DNA from: Eledone cirrhosa
Lineage: Eukaryota
NCBI GenBank assembly: GCA_964016885.1
Contig: OZ024757.1
Coordinates: forward strand, 8,866,001 to 8,930,000
Reading direction: 5' to 3'
DNA: 64,000 nt
The position numbers were made by a program, and so were the translations under genes. This document shows positions 11,843-25,500 of this stretch, in pieces. Numbering within the stretch: position 1 is the first letter of the stretch; every line of letters begins with the position of its first letter. Below the pieces are notes generated by a model, which was not told the origin of the DNA, searched no databases, and saw only the letters and a program-made list of their open reading frames with translations.

Positions 11843-14834
11843 AAATGCAAATGTTTGTCCACAAATGCAAATGGTTGCCTATTCAGACCACAAACTAGTC
11901 ATCTGCATAGTCAACCGTGATAGAATACATAGACAAGGACCCGGATACTGGAAGCTGAACGTGTCGCTACCGACACATAAAGCCTACAGTGAACTGATAA
12001 GTAGATTAGTTAAGCAACAATTGACGGGAGCCATCGTCAACAATTGATGGTGGTACTCCCTCAAGAAAGGAATTAGAGTAGAGTCGATAGACTTTAGCAG
12101 AGAGTTAGCCTTAGAAATAAATAAAACAGAAACGGAACTAGTAGTCAAGGTAGAGGAAGCGCTTAGGAGTGGCAACGTAGTTAGAGTGCTAGCAACGAGA
12201 ACGGCACTGGACCAGTTCTTCGACGCGAAACATGAAGGCTGAGTGGTCAGAAGTAAATCACGTGCTCTAGAAAACGAGGGAGCAAAAGCTGTTAGCTGGG
12301 CCCGAGTGACAGAGGCGAAAAGTGGCACCAAGTCCACGATTCTGTCTTTGAAAGACCAAAACGGACGCGTGCTACTTGACCCCAAGCGGATGTGTGCGGC
12401 TTTTCAGTGGCACTTTGCGCAACTGTTCGAGCAGAGTGGTGGTGCATCGAACGGGGCAATAGACTTCGGTTCATACCTCGACGGCCTGCCGCGTCTCTCG
12501 AGCATGGACGCCGAGTTCTCCGAAAGACCGATCACAGCCACTGAGATACGGGCCACTCTGGGAAACGCAAATCACCCGGTCTAGATGGTCTACCCTATGA
12601 GTTTTATATAGGCATGCCGGTCTTGTTCTCTGGCTTCCTTGAGGCCGTCTACTGCAACTGGCAGCAGAACGGGAGAATACCAATTCTGCAGGCAGGGGCG
12701 TAGTAACGCTGATCAGGAAAGACGAGAACAAGGGGGACGAACTAAGCAACTTTAGGCCCATAACTCTTCTCAACACAGAGTTAAAGATTTTGACCAAGGT
12801 GTTGGCAACGAGGCTGGCGCTTGTCGTTGAGAACCTAGTAGGGGAAGCGCAAACGTGTGCAATCCCGACCAGGTCCATACACGACAACCTCCACCTCATG
12901 CGATACATCATAGAGAGGGTGGGGTCTAAACTCGGATTCGATGGGGCTCTGATCTATTTAGATCAGTCTAAGGCGTTCGATAGAGACGACCATCGATAGT
13001 TGGAAGCGGTTCTCAAGGCGGCCGGTTTCACCTGTCTTCAGAGGCTGGATCGCCGCAATGCACACCAACATCTTCTCGATGGTCAAGGTGAACGGCTACC
13101 TATCGGAGCCGTTCGCAATCACGCGTTCCATCCAACAGGGATGCCCTCTCTCCTCCATTCTGTACGTACAGACTCTAGAGCCACTACTGCGGAAGTTGGA
13201 GCTGCTGTAGGGCATCCCGTTGGAACTAGGACTGCGGTAAGCAACGTCGGCTTATGCCGACGACGTGAAAGTAATGGTGTCGGAAACCTCGCAAATCGGG
13301 GTGATCGGTAACTTACTGCAGGAATACGAAAGGCTCAGAGGAGCAAAATTGAACCCGAACAAGTCTGTCTGTTTGCAACTCGGAACGTGGAGAGGCAAAC
13401 ATATGCCGTCCGATAGCGTCGTCGGACGCTGGACGCACGGACCGGTGAAATTGCTCGGGGTATAGTTCGGTCCGGACCTCCAGGGGAAGAAAAACTGGAA
13501 CGGGGTCACGGCCAAGGTATTTGCGCTCACCCAGAAGTGGGAAGAGTGCAAACTATCCTTGAAAGGTCGAGCGGAGGTGGCGAACACTTTCATAGCTTCC
13601 GTCATCTACTACCGCTTGATCGTAGTGCCTTGTCCCCGCGAAGACCTCACCAAGATAGAACGCATGCTCTTCTAGTTTCTTTGGAAGAAGCAGACTCCAC
13701 TGGTGAGGAGATCCGTCTACTGTCAGCACCCTTCATGCGCTGAGGCTACGACATCTATAGGTATTCCTCACCGAACCCCAACCAGTGTAGGCACCGTTTG
13801 TGAGACAGGCCTTCCCGCAACTTGTCTCGCTGACGGAGCTGCAGTCCTGGGTCAAACGGAGACGGAAGAAGATGGGCGCCTGGCACATTGAATGCGCTCA
13901 GGTGCTTACAGTCCTCTTTCAAGCGGGCACGGCAACCAGTGGAGACTCCACTTCGACATTCTATATAGGGTTAGTACGTCACAAGGGCGACGACGTGCTC
14001 GGAGAGACTCTGGGCGTCGAAGGAAGACGACGAACTCACCAGTCTGTTTCGTAGGACTTTCTGCTCGGGACCTATAGACAACTTCCAGATGTCCCTGACC
14101 TGGCAGTGCTACCGAGGAGCTCTACTAGTTCGTGACAAGATCTACAGGCACGGACGCCCAGGCAGGGATCCTTCAAAGAGGACGTGTCCAAGATGCGGGC
14201 AGGACATTGAAACTGTCTTGCACACAATTGTACACTGCCCGGGCGTAACCGACCTGTGGAACTACGCAGAACAACTGCAGTCGCGTATGGGACAAATCCA
14301 GTTGACTGCCGAGTCCATAGTAAGGATCAAACCCCCAATTTCTTTCAAAAACGAAAGAGAGAAGGTTTTCCTCTGTATAGTGGCTATGGTGAAAGAGGTT
14401 ATATGGTGGACGAGATTTAGAGGACTGAGGACAGATGCCTTTCTCTCCGGAAAACAACTCATTCCCTTCTTTAGGTACCACTTTAGAAGGAGAATCAGAG
14501 TGGAGAGAGAAGCACTGCACCCCAGTAACTTTACTGAAAGGTAGGTGAATATGGCAAAAATGGCCCGAGAGATTAGGCCTTCTCTGCATATAAACCTGTA
14601 GGTTGAAGAAGAGAGCAAAAGGAAGAAAGGACCACTTTCACAACACGCTCATGAAGTTGAGGGTTTTTCAATCTACGGGGTATCAAACAACCCATTTGTG
14701 GCGCCTCCCCCTTATTAGGGATTTCGATTGTTATATTTGTTTGTTTTATATTTTTAGACGATTGTATGTAAAATCCCCGACATGTCTTAGTTGTGTCTCC
14801 TTTCCTTGTGCGCCCTTGTGGCTAATAAAGAAAT
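11843..14834 (+). mobile_element. 5'-truncated Tx1-clade LINE (family C), degenerate ORF2, 3' end at (TA)n
   Basis: SDHK..GPGYWKLN (end of APE domain), LDQSKAFDR, QGCPLS, AYADDV, C-terminal CPRC..ETVLHTIVHC. 3' terminus CCTTGTGGCTAATAAAGAAAT followed by TA repeats. Confidence 0.9.
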
Positions 14835-14846
14835 ATATCTATCTAT

Positions 14847-14936
<90 letters not shown>

Positions 14937-14944
14937 TTATTTAT

Positions 14945-17582
14945 ATATTCATATTTGGGTTGGTGCGGACGGATAAGCCCTGGTGGTGTTTCTACCAAGG
15001 TTATTGGGCTGCTGCCTATTGTGTGCTCTGCGCATCTTAGCCCCATGTGCTAACCTACCCCCTGCTGGACCGCACTGGGTTACCCTATGCTTGCCGGTAG
15101 GTGTTGGTGAGATACCGTCACCATTATTAAGCCTGTATGCGGGGAATTTTTCTAGTAGGTTGCTGTTAATTCTATTGACCGAACGAAATTGGTACGGGTG
15201 TGGGGGTCTCCCTGGCCTACCGCCCTTGTTGTTATGATGCTGGCCAAAGCTAGCCGCATTACTAGTTCGACCTGTATGTTTCCCTTTAACAATCCCACTG
15301 CCACGGTGGTTATTGGTGCGGCACGCTATTACACTGGTCCTATGGGAAGGGGGCCTAGTAGAGCCTGCGTCATAGATATACGAAATCCTGTTGCTATAAC
15401 CTCATTCAGCCAGCGCTTTGTTGTAGTAGTCGGCAGTTTGGTCAAAGTGGTCCTTGTTGGCCGACAGCCTCGAGATTCTATGTGAGATGCTACTCACTAT
15501 AGAGTTAAGTGTAGATTTGGGGTGATTAGATGCTTTGTTGATGTAAGACAGGACCTCATCTGGCTTGTGGTATGGTCTGTATGAGCCAGTATCTTATTCT
15601 AACGTTACATCCAGGAAGTTAACTATTTTATGGTTGTGGTAAATTGTAACTGAGAGGCCGTACGTTTTAAAGAACTTATGTATATGCTTATTGAGGTTTT
15701 CTATCCTACGGGGTCTGTGATTCCTTACAGTAAATAAGGCGTCGTCCCTATATATACCTCTTTGTAGTACAGGGGTCTCGTCTCTGAGCTTGTGTAGGGG
15801 ATATATTCCAGCCAGGTCGGTTACCTGCGCCGAGTCGCTTGACCCCCATCGTGATATCAAAATTTTCAGGACGGTTGGCTCGGGTCCAGTAAGAGCCTTC
15901 GAAGTGAATGATAGTTCGTCTCGCTGCAAGCATTATGTCTATTTCTTTTTTTAGTTAAACTAGCTAAGATGATGGCCTTATTTAGGAGTATAGGGGAGAT
16001 AGAGGCGTAGTAATTATCTATGTCGAACTGAATAAATTTTAAAGAGACCTTATCAGGTATATCTGTGAACCATTTGATGACCTGCTCAGTATTGTTCCAA
16101 AGACGGACCTTGGCCTTACTATTTAGTACGAGTATTATCCTATCAATGATCACTTTGCTAATTCTACCTATATCCGAAGTGGAGGGGCATATTAATCTAA
16201 CTGAAGGTCTTTTAAAATTACATTTATGATCCTTAAGAGTCTGTGTATTTATCTATATCTAAGCCAGTTACAATATTCTTACCTAATCTATTTATGTCGT
16301 TTAATGTGCTTCTTGGTGATTTTTTGTAATTTTTGCTGAGCTTATTTGAGATGAATTGTCTATATCTACTTACATCCAACTTATACAGGTTCTTGGTTTT
16401 ATCAGAGGCTACAAAAAGGTGCTTATTGTTCTTGATTTTAGTGATTAGGGAGTCCAGAGAAGTCAGGAAAGCATTAGTATACTTGCGTCTATTCTTAAAC
16501 TTGACATTCTTGATCATATTGAGCAGGTCTTCGGCAAAGGCGTCCAACAGTTTGTTGTGCGGTGGGTTCCTGTAGGCCTTAAATCCATACCTTTCTTTAA
16601 GTGCCGGTTGTTTATCTGTATCCTTGTCCATATGGTAGGCCTTCCATCTGACTCTGCGTATAAACGAATTAGTCGCGGCGATGAGTTGTTTGAGATAAGT
16701 TTTTTCTGCTTGGTAACGCTATTGACTTGAGAGACATCGGTAACGGTTGTTTCTCCTACATAATGGCAAGTAGCGTGTTGAGATCTACTGATTGGAGAAC
16801 GATAATAATAAGGTTAAAGTATCGTAGGAGAGGATGAAGCAGAGAGATACAAAGAGGTACGATACAGAATACTAAATGCCAATAGCCGAAGCGTAGCGTG
16901 CTCGATACTTGGGTTAGCAGGGTTAAATATTAGAGGAGGTTAATATTTAGCGTATGGTTTAAGCAGAGCGGGAATAAGCAAATGAATGAGTCAGTGAAAG
17001 TGTTACAAGCCGTTAAAACATTTCTTTATATAGCTCATACACGTGTTTCGCACAGAGGGGCTCATCGGAAGCAGATATTCCAATAGTTAGGTCTGTAAGT
17101 ATAATTACCGTTGAGAAATTATCACAACTTCACATATTCCTGCATTCTGTTCGAAAATAGTAAACACAATGGCGTCGGTGAAAGGGACATAACTCGCTAA
17201 GGGAGGTAATTACCCGGTGCCTGGCTGGATGTCACTCAGTTAGTTCTGGCCAACCCCAGCTATGGGAAATTTTTAACATTTTTTTTAACATTAGCAGGGT
17301 GGGTCTGACCTAGTAGATATCATGCAGTGTTTTGGTGGGAAACGAACAGACGGTTGATAGTGACATCATACCTTGCACACTGGTATACCTAATGCAGGGG
17401 AGCTGTAGTAGGGTGTGATGTAGAAGGCTGTGGAGGTATGATGCTATTCAGGTTCAAGTTGTATGTTCATAAGTTTAATTAATCAATGATGTTATTCGGG
17501 TTCAGGCAGTAGGTTCATTGTATCTCTCTGCTTTCATTCTTTGTATCTCTCCGCTTCATCCTCTTCTACGATACTTTAACCC

Positions 17583-17588
<6 letters not shown>
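14945..17588 (-). mobile_element. Degenerate Penelope-like element (RT at about 15490-16700) with an inverted-repeat terminal region
   Basis: SDKTKNLY, FIQFDIDNYYASIS, ITMG..DSAQVTDL, GIYRDDAL, VNFLDVTL, YRPYHKP motifs. 16805-16855 is an inverted repeat of 17538-17588. Boundaries are uncertain. Confidence 0.75.
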
Positions 17589-17620
<32 letters not shown>

Positions 17621-18501
17621 AAATAAAGATCCGAAGGCATGGTATAAATTTCCAATCATTCTAATCACGACACATGTTTCAATAAGGGATAGATCGATCG
17701 TGTGGTCATGATCGATTATCACTCACTAGAGTTTTCCTCCCCATATGAAGATTCAGCAGCCAAAACACGCCAGCTGCTATCGTCTTCAGTCAGGGTCACA
17801 AATCTCTTAAGTCTCTATCTCTCAATAGCTGTAAAAGACGCTGGACAGGTTTAATCTCAGCATCAGATCTGTAGAATTTTGGTCGGTCACAATTAGTGTT
17901 AGTGAGTACGCACACACTTACACACACCGACGCGAGGTCAGGGAGAAAATATATATACACACCAACACAGTATGCAGCAAAAGTTAGCTTACAAAACAAC
18001 AAACGTTATATTGGTCAAATCTAAATTTTCACGATGTAAATTAGAAAAAAATTGAGTCAACCACAGCCCTATACACACGCAAGTAAATTCCGTTCAACGT
18101 TCTGCTATACGTGTATATATTGAATTGTAACATCCGTATCGTCTAAATAGTGTATGTTTTGGTATATACACATCCATGTGAAGAGCAAGTAGTCAGCTCG
18201 TATCGAACTCTATATGTGCCGGTGTCCCGTTGAGAGTCTGAGTCCCCGAGTCTGTGCGTGCAAGCACCCGCCATGTAGGCCAACAAGGGGCTCCATGTAG
18301 GGTTGGGTATTTGAGTTAGGGTGTCAGTGTGTGCGTTTACCCGTCAAATGGGCCCTCGGGCCCTTAAGATAAGCGTTTGAGACTTAAGATAAGTGTTATT
18401 AAATGAAATTGGAGATATACAAAAGCGTGGAGAACTTAATATTGCTAACAAAAGTTTATTGGACTGTATGAAACAACCAATAATACACCTTACTACATAA
18501 C

Positions 18502-18572
<71 letters not shown>

Positions 18573-18575
<3 letters not shown>

Positions 18576-20700
18576 TGATTACTTCAACTTTGCAGATGAT
18601 TGCCGTCTCCCGATGCACCCCCATCAACCATCACCAACTCCAAACGTCCATCCATGGCCTCTTAGGTGGCTTTTAAGTTCAGTATTAGATTTGCACGGTC
18701 TGCAGTAAATGTGACAGACAAAAGGTGTGCCCTCTATTGGATTTATTGGATCAGTTTGTGGGATATCATCCCTATGTGCCCTCATATGCCTATATAGACC
18801 AGAGATTGATTTGCAGGTCTTTTTGCACACCACACATGTCTCACCTAGCATTGGAGGGATAGAGCTGCATACCGTTGGCTTTTTATGAGATTTTAAATGA
18901 GTGATGGCCCCAGATTTAGTGAGCTGTAAACGACCACACACCTTACATATCCAGCACCTTATGTTCATACTGTGGTTCCTCCGAAGCTAACGTTTAAGTC
19001 TTCATGATCAAGACGTCTCTCTTCAAACATTCTGAAGCCTTCCATCACATGTCCTCTCCATTTACCCCTCTTTCAAGCAAGCACTTCCAAGTTCTGAACT
19101 TCAAACCGTTGATCTTTAAGGTTGTTTCTTTAGGCAATCCTTATATCTTTTTCTTGGTTTGTGTTGAGGGCGCTTCCCAGTGTGCAATTGACTGTAAAAT
19201 AGTTGTTTTGGGAGTATTTCCTCATTCATGCGCACAGCATGGCCTACCCAACGCATTTGAGAGGATATGATGGTAGATTCAATGCTCGTGCAAACAGCAT
19301 CTATACGGATTTGTGTGCCAGCTATTTTTGTTGCCATTTGATGTTTAGGATTCGTCTTAAACACTTTTGATTAAAGTGTTCAAGCAAATTAATGTGTCTA
19401 CAATGTACTGTCCACGTTTCTGAAGAGTACATCAGAGCACTCAGAATGTAGACTTTGTACACACTAATCTTGGTCTTGATATTGATTCCATGATCCGCCC
19501 ACACTCTCTTTTCAAGTTTTCTGAAGGCTACAGAGGCCTTTTGAATGCGCAGGTGTATTTCTGCATCCAGTGAACCATCCCCTGATAATGCACTACCCAA
19601 ATAAACAAAAGCGTCAACTACACCCAACCTAGTTTCATGCACCATTATATTTGGTTAATATATGCTGATGGTGTGAACATTACCTTGGTACTTTTTAGAT
19701 TAATTTTCATGCCAAGGGCATTCCAGGTCGCTGCAAAACAATTGCATGTCATCTTGAGAGTGAGCCAGAAAGTCAGCATCGTCTGAATGCAGGAGTTCAC
19801 TAATTAATATTTGGAACACCTTGAATTTAAATTGAACCTTCTTTGGTCAAAGATTCTTTCTGTAGTTCTAACTTGCAATAGAACACCCTTTGCACAGTCC
19901 TGGAATGCATGAGTCAGCATCACAGCAAAAAATATTGCAAACCGTGTGGGAGCCGGGATATCTCCCTCCTTCACGCCATTATCAATTAGGATTTCATTTG
20001 ACAATTCTCCATTCAAGACAACCCGAACTTTCATATTTCTGTGCAGACGGACGAACATATCAATAAACTTTGGTGGGCACTCTATACATACAATTGATCC
20101 CTGAAGTTTATCCACGTTCCATCGAAGTCAAGATTATTCAAAAGTTTTTTCAAAGCCTCATGTACCTCTAGCTGTTTTAACTTTCCAACATCAATACGCT
20201 TCAGTGTTTTGATCTCACATATGCGAGATTTTTTCCGAATATGTAACTTAAACTTCCCCCGAACCATCTTAGGGTATGTGTAGCATTCTGCACTACACAC
20301 GACGAACACATTACAGACATCATTCAGGTCGCATTTCCGGGTTACTATTGTATCTATCATGTGGCCATCTTTTGATCTTGGGTGTATCCAGGTAACTTTA
20401 TGCTTCTTCTTTTGGCAGAAGAATGCAAATTGCTAGGTTTAGTTCCCAACAGAGCTCAAGCAGCTTCAAACCATTGGCATTCATCTTACCGATGCCGCAA
20501 TGGCCTAGTGCATACCATTTCTCATGGTCTCTGCCAACTTGGGATTTGAAATCACCAAGAATGATCACATTTTTTTCGACTGGAGTAGATGTAATTGTAA
20601 CACGGAGGGATTCATAGAATGTCATAATACTTTCTTTACTGGCCAGGAGAGTTGATTCTAAAGGGGCACTCTAAATGTTGTGCTAGAGTTTCTCGATCAT
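18573..20700 (-). mobile_element. Degenerate RTE-clade LINE with C-terminal C2H2 fingers
   Basis: APE motif IILGDF..VG..GIGKMNANGLKLLELC, RT GVKEGDIPAPTRF, FVYLGS..IQKASVAF, MRWVGH..LPKQLFYSQL. Internal deletion; 3' end abuts (TA)n. Confidence 0.85.
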
Positions 20701-20782
20701 TGTCTGGTGACAAGCCTAAGCCAGATGACAAGTAATCACACACACACATATATAATAATAATAATAATGATAATAATAATAA

Positions 20783-21484
20783 GGGAAGAAGACGCACATG
20801 GTGGAAAGAAGGTCATGAAATCGCTCCCGTAAGTTTTTGATTTTTAATATATTTAAATCAATTGTGAAATAACAATTCTTAGTACGAATGATGCATAAAG
20901 CATCCGACTCAAGCCTCAGGAAGATTCGGATCCATAATATATTGTTATATCGCTCAAATATTCAATTTTGTAACATACATTTTACATTCAAAAAAGAAAA
21001 TGGTTATAAATGGAAGAAAACCACCCCCTCTGTCTACACTATATAGAACAGCCAAATAACAGCAATTTCACCAACACCACAAACTAGATACACCACCTAT
21101 CCCATCACTCCTCTGTGTACACTAAATACAACAGCCAGATAGCGGCAATTTCACCACCACCAATCCCAGCATAATAATTATAATTACTATTATTATTGTC
21201 TCAAGTCTTCACAAAATGTTTAATTCCAATATTAAGAAAAATATGTCACCACATATATTAAACAACGCCATCACTACAGTCACCGCCGCCACCACACATC
21301 CATCATTACTACCACTATCCCATCACCGCCGCCACCACCCATCCATCATTACTACCACTATCCCATCACCGCCGCCACCACCCATCCATCATTACTACCA
21401 CTATCCCATCACCGCCGCCACCACTCCTTCATTGCTACCACCGCTATTCCCCCATTACCTTCTGTTAACTTACGAAAGGGGAAG
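20783..21484 (+). repeat. Shared non-coding leader, copy 1
   Basis: Follows (AAT)n at 20753-20782. Carries GCTCAAATATTCAA, GAAAATGG(C/T)TATAAATGGAA, CTACACTATATAG and CCATCACCGCCGCCACCAC blocks, as do the four other copies. Confidence 0.85.
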
Positions 21485-22522
21485 GAGTCATGTCGATAGA
21501 CTCTACTTAAGGAGATCTGAAGGTGGAAGAGGTCTTATCAGCATAGAGGACTGTGTTCAGATGGAGAAAAACAACCTACACAAATACGTGACTGATAGTA
21601 AGGAGCCAATGCTCAGAACTGTACTGAAGGAGGGGACAATAGGCCAGCGGATGTCCAAGGAGGAAATAACATCAAGGAGAAAGAGCAGCCTTCAGGAAAA
21701 ATCCCTTCATAGTACCTTCTTTGAGAAAACTGAATTTAGAGATCCACAGATGTGGAACTGGTTGAAAAGAGGAGACCTTAAAAAGGCTACAGAAGGAATG
21801 TTAATGGCTGCGCAGGAGCAGGCCCTAAAAACGAAGTGGTTGAAACACCATATTTACAAGGGGAAGGCTAGCCCACTGTGCAGGATCTGTGGACAGAGAG
21901 AGGAGAATGTGGCTCACATTGTATCCGAGTGTAAACACCTAGCCCAGACTCACTATAAGGGCTGGAGACATGATGTGATGGGCAGGGTGATCTACTGGCA
22001 CCTATGCAAAGTAAACAATTTACCACATTCTGGGAAGTGGTATGAGCATAAGCCAGAGTCGGTGATAGAAAACGATCAGGTGAAGGTGCTGTGGGACTTT
22101 AGGATACAGACGGACAAGAAACTGGAACAAAATAGACCTGACCTGGTGGTTGTGGACAAAGAAGAAAGATCGTGACTGATTGTGGATGTGGCTTGCCCAT
22201 TCGACACGAGAGTGCAAGAGAAGGAGAGGGAGAAAATTAACCGATACCAGAACTTAAAGTGGGTAAAAATGATTTGGAACTGCCATGAAGTCAAAGTGAT
22301 CCCGATTGTCATAGGTGCACAAGGGACTATCTCAAAAGGTGTCCAGAGATGGTTAAAGAAAATTGGCCCCTACACGCTTTTTGGAACACTTCAAAAGGCA
22401 TGCTTGCTGGGAACAGCAACAACCGTGCGATACGTCCTGAATATCTGAGGCTGCAGGTAGTGGCTTGATATTCATTTCAACAAACTTTCCAGTTAACTAA
22501 CATCAATGACTGAGACTCAAAG
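21483..22522 (+). mobile_element. R4/Dong family A, 3' fragment (CCHC + RLE)
   Basis: Closely matches 25060-26101: [23 protein letters not shown]. Followed by a TAA-type tract. Confidence 0.9.
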
Positions 22523-22556
22523 AGTAATAGTAATAGTAATAATAATAATAATAATA

Positions 22557-25500
22557 GGCTATGTAACCATACATTCGCCAATCCTCGATAAGAGTGTTTA
22601 AATATCGAACATAAACAGTTCGAATAACGGTGAAATGGAGACTAGAACGTCATGTGACAGACTCTCACCCAACAGGTGCCCCCTGACTCAGCAGCAGGAA
22701 CCTGACTGTCAACCAAATACTGCTGATGTTGGAGGAAGGAGAAGAAGGAAAGGGGCCAGAACCAACTGGACGAAAGAATTGAATAGAACTGTTATGCAAT
22801 GTTACCTGAAAAGTAACCCCAAGGAGAGGGGCTACAGGAGACGGATGCATAACATCTGGAACGAGATTTGTTTATTTAAATTAGATGAACAAAAATTGGC
22901 CGGGCAGACTCGGGTAATAAGAACTAATGGGTGGATAAGCGAGCTGGAACTGGAGGAACTGAGCAGAGAGAATGGCTTGGAGATGGCGGGTGTAGTATGC
23001 CAGACAAGCGAGCCAGTGGGAAATGAAGGTGAAGAGGTCCTGAGAACGGAAGAACCACCCGAAGCAGACAATGATCTGAATACTGAGATAAATAATACCT
23101 GGAACAGAGATACGGCCACTGAGGAGATGAATGCTGACGGGCTAGGACAAGACTCGGTTGACATCCTAAATTTAGTGGTAGATGAATTGAACAATGATAG
23201 TGGGAGACCTATGAACCTAAGATTTGTAGACAGGAAAAAGTTAAAAGAAACAACAGCTAAGGTAAACAAAGTCATCCCATACCTTGAGGCGAGGAGCCTT
23301 CACCAGTGCAACAATATCCTCAAAGCAACAACAAATACGGTGAGGAAACTACTTGGTATAAAAGCGAGAGGAAACAACAGACAAGAAAGAGCAGAGCCGT
23401 GGTGGAAGAAGCGACTGAGTGGGCAAATCGGGGAAATGGGAAATGACATAGGAAAGCTTGAGTCACTACTGAATGGGACACTAAAAAACATAGGCACTAA
23501 AAATAGACTGGAAATAAAATACAAAACTAGGAGGAAAAAGCTAAATATTATCATAGAGGAACTGAAGCAACGCATTGTAGCAAAGAGTGCAAAAATCAGG
23601 CGATACGAGAACAGAGTCAGTCAGTATAAACAGAACCGCATGTTCGACAACAACCAGAAGATGCTGTTTGGACAGCTTGAGGGGAAAGAAAGAGGCAACG
23701 ACTTGATCCCTGGGGCGGAGCAAACTAAAACATTCTGGAGAGGAATATGGGAGCAGGATGTTAGACATAATGACCAGGCAGGGTGGATTGAGACAGTACA
23801 GAGGAAGATCGGTGAGCAGGCACAACAACAAACTGATTTGTGTATCAGAGTTGAAACTCTTAAGGGGCAGGCCAAAAAACTAACCAACTGGAAATCACCA
23901 GGCCCAGATGGTGTGCAGGGGTATTGGATTAAACATTTAACATCCCTCCACCCGAAGCTGACGGCCATGTTCAATGACTGCTTGGTGTCGGGTGAGGTGC
24001 CAGAGTGGTTGACAAAAGGTACCACAGTTCTGATAATGAAAGACCGAATCAAGGGTAATGATGTTACCAACTATAGAGCTATCACATGTCTGTCCGTAAT
24101 GTGGAAACTGTTGACGAGCATTGTGTCTGAGGAAATCTACCATCACCTCCACACAAACAACTTGTTACCGGACGAACAGAAAGGATGCTGAAAGAAGTCA
24201 CGTGGTACAAAGGACCAGTTACTTATTGATAAGATGGTAATGGGGAATTGCAGGAGGAGACACACTGATCTTGCCATGGGATGGATAGACTACAGAAAGG
24301 CATTTGACATGGTGCCTCATTCTTGGATCACCAAAAGCCTGGAGATCTTCAGGGTGGCAGATAACATCAGACAGTTGCTAGGCAGGAGTATGGGGTCCTG
24401 GGAGACAGAGTTGACATCAACTGGAGTATCCTTGGGAAGCGTGAAGATCAAGAGAGGTATCTTCCAGGGAGATAGCCTGTCCCCTCTGTTGTTTGCCCTT
24501 GCCCTGATGCCCTTGACCATTATGCTGCGAAAAGTGAGAGCAGGATACAAGTTGGGAAGGGGAGAGCTTACCATCAATCACCTCCACTTCATGGACGATC
24601 TTAAGCTCTTCGGGAAAAGTGAGAAGGAGTTGGATGTGCTTGTTGACACTGTCCGTATTTTCAGCAGTGATATATGTACGCAGTTTGGTATTGGTAAATG
24701 TGGAGTCATTGTGATGAGGAGGGGTAGGTCGAGCAGAAGTAACGGGATCCAGATACCAACAGGTGAGATGATAAAGGAAATTGACTATGAGGAAGGATAC
24801 AAGTATCTGGGAGTTCTGGAGGCTGATGGCATAAAGAACAAAAAAATGAAGGAATTGTTAAGAACTGAATACATTCGGAGAGTAAGGAGCGTATTGAAGT
24901 CACATCTGAACAGCAGAAATGCCATAAGCGCAGTAAATTCCCGAGCTGTGTCTATTATTAGGTACAGTGCGGGAATTCTGAGATGGAATATTGCTGAACA
25001 AAAAGAAATGGATAGGAAGACTAGGAAGCTATTGACTATCTACAACATGTTCCACAAGAGGAGTGATGTCGATAGACTCTACCTAAGGAGATCTGAGGGT
25101 GGAAGAGGTCTTATCAGCATAGAGGACTGTGTTCAGATGGAGAAAAACAACCTATACAAATACGTGACCTATAGTAAGGAGCCAATGCTCAGAGCTGTAC
25201 TGAAGGAGGGGACAGTAGGCCAGGGGATGTCCAAGGAGGAAATAACATCAAGGAGGAAGAGCAGCCTTAAGGGAAAATCCCTTCATAGTACCTTCTTTGA
25301 GAAAACTGAATTTAGAGATCCACAGACATGGAACTGGTTGAGAAGAGGAGACCTCAAAAAGGCTACAGAAGGAATGCTAATGGCTGCGCAGGAGCAGGCC
25401 CTCAAAACGAAGTGGTTGAAGCACCATATTTACAAGGAGGAGGCTAGCCCACTGTGCAGGATCTGTGGACAGAGAGAGGAGACTGTGGCTCACATTGTGT

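Noticed and set aside
17660-17800. Minus-strand CTGAAGA ... GAAACATGTGTC hammerhead-like pair
   Set aside because: Stem I does not pair, and the two halves are about 100 nt apart without a clean stem II closure.
20783-21484. Leader as an snRNA, tRNA, 5S or rRNA target gene
   Set aside because: No recognisable RNA-gene sequence by eye; an Infernal search is needed to exclude it fully.
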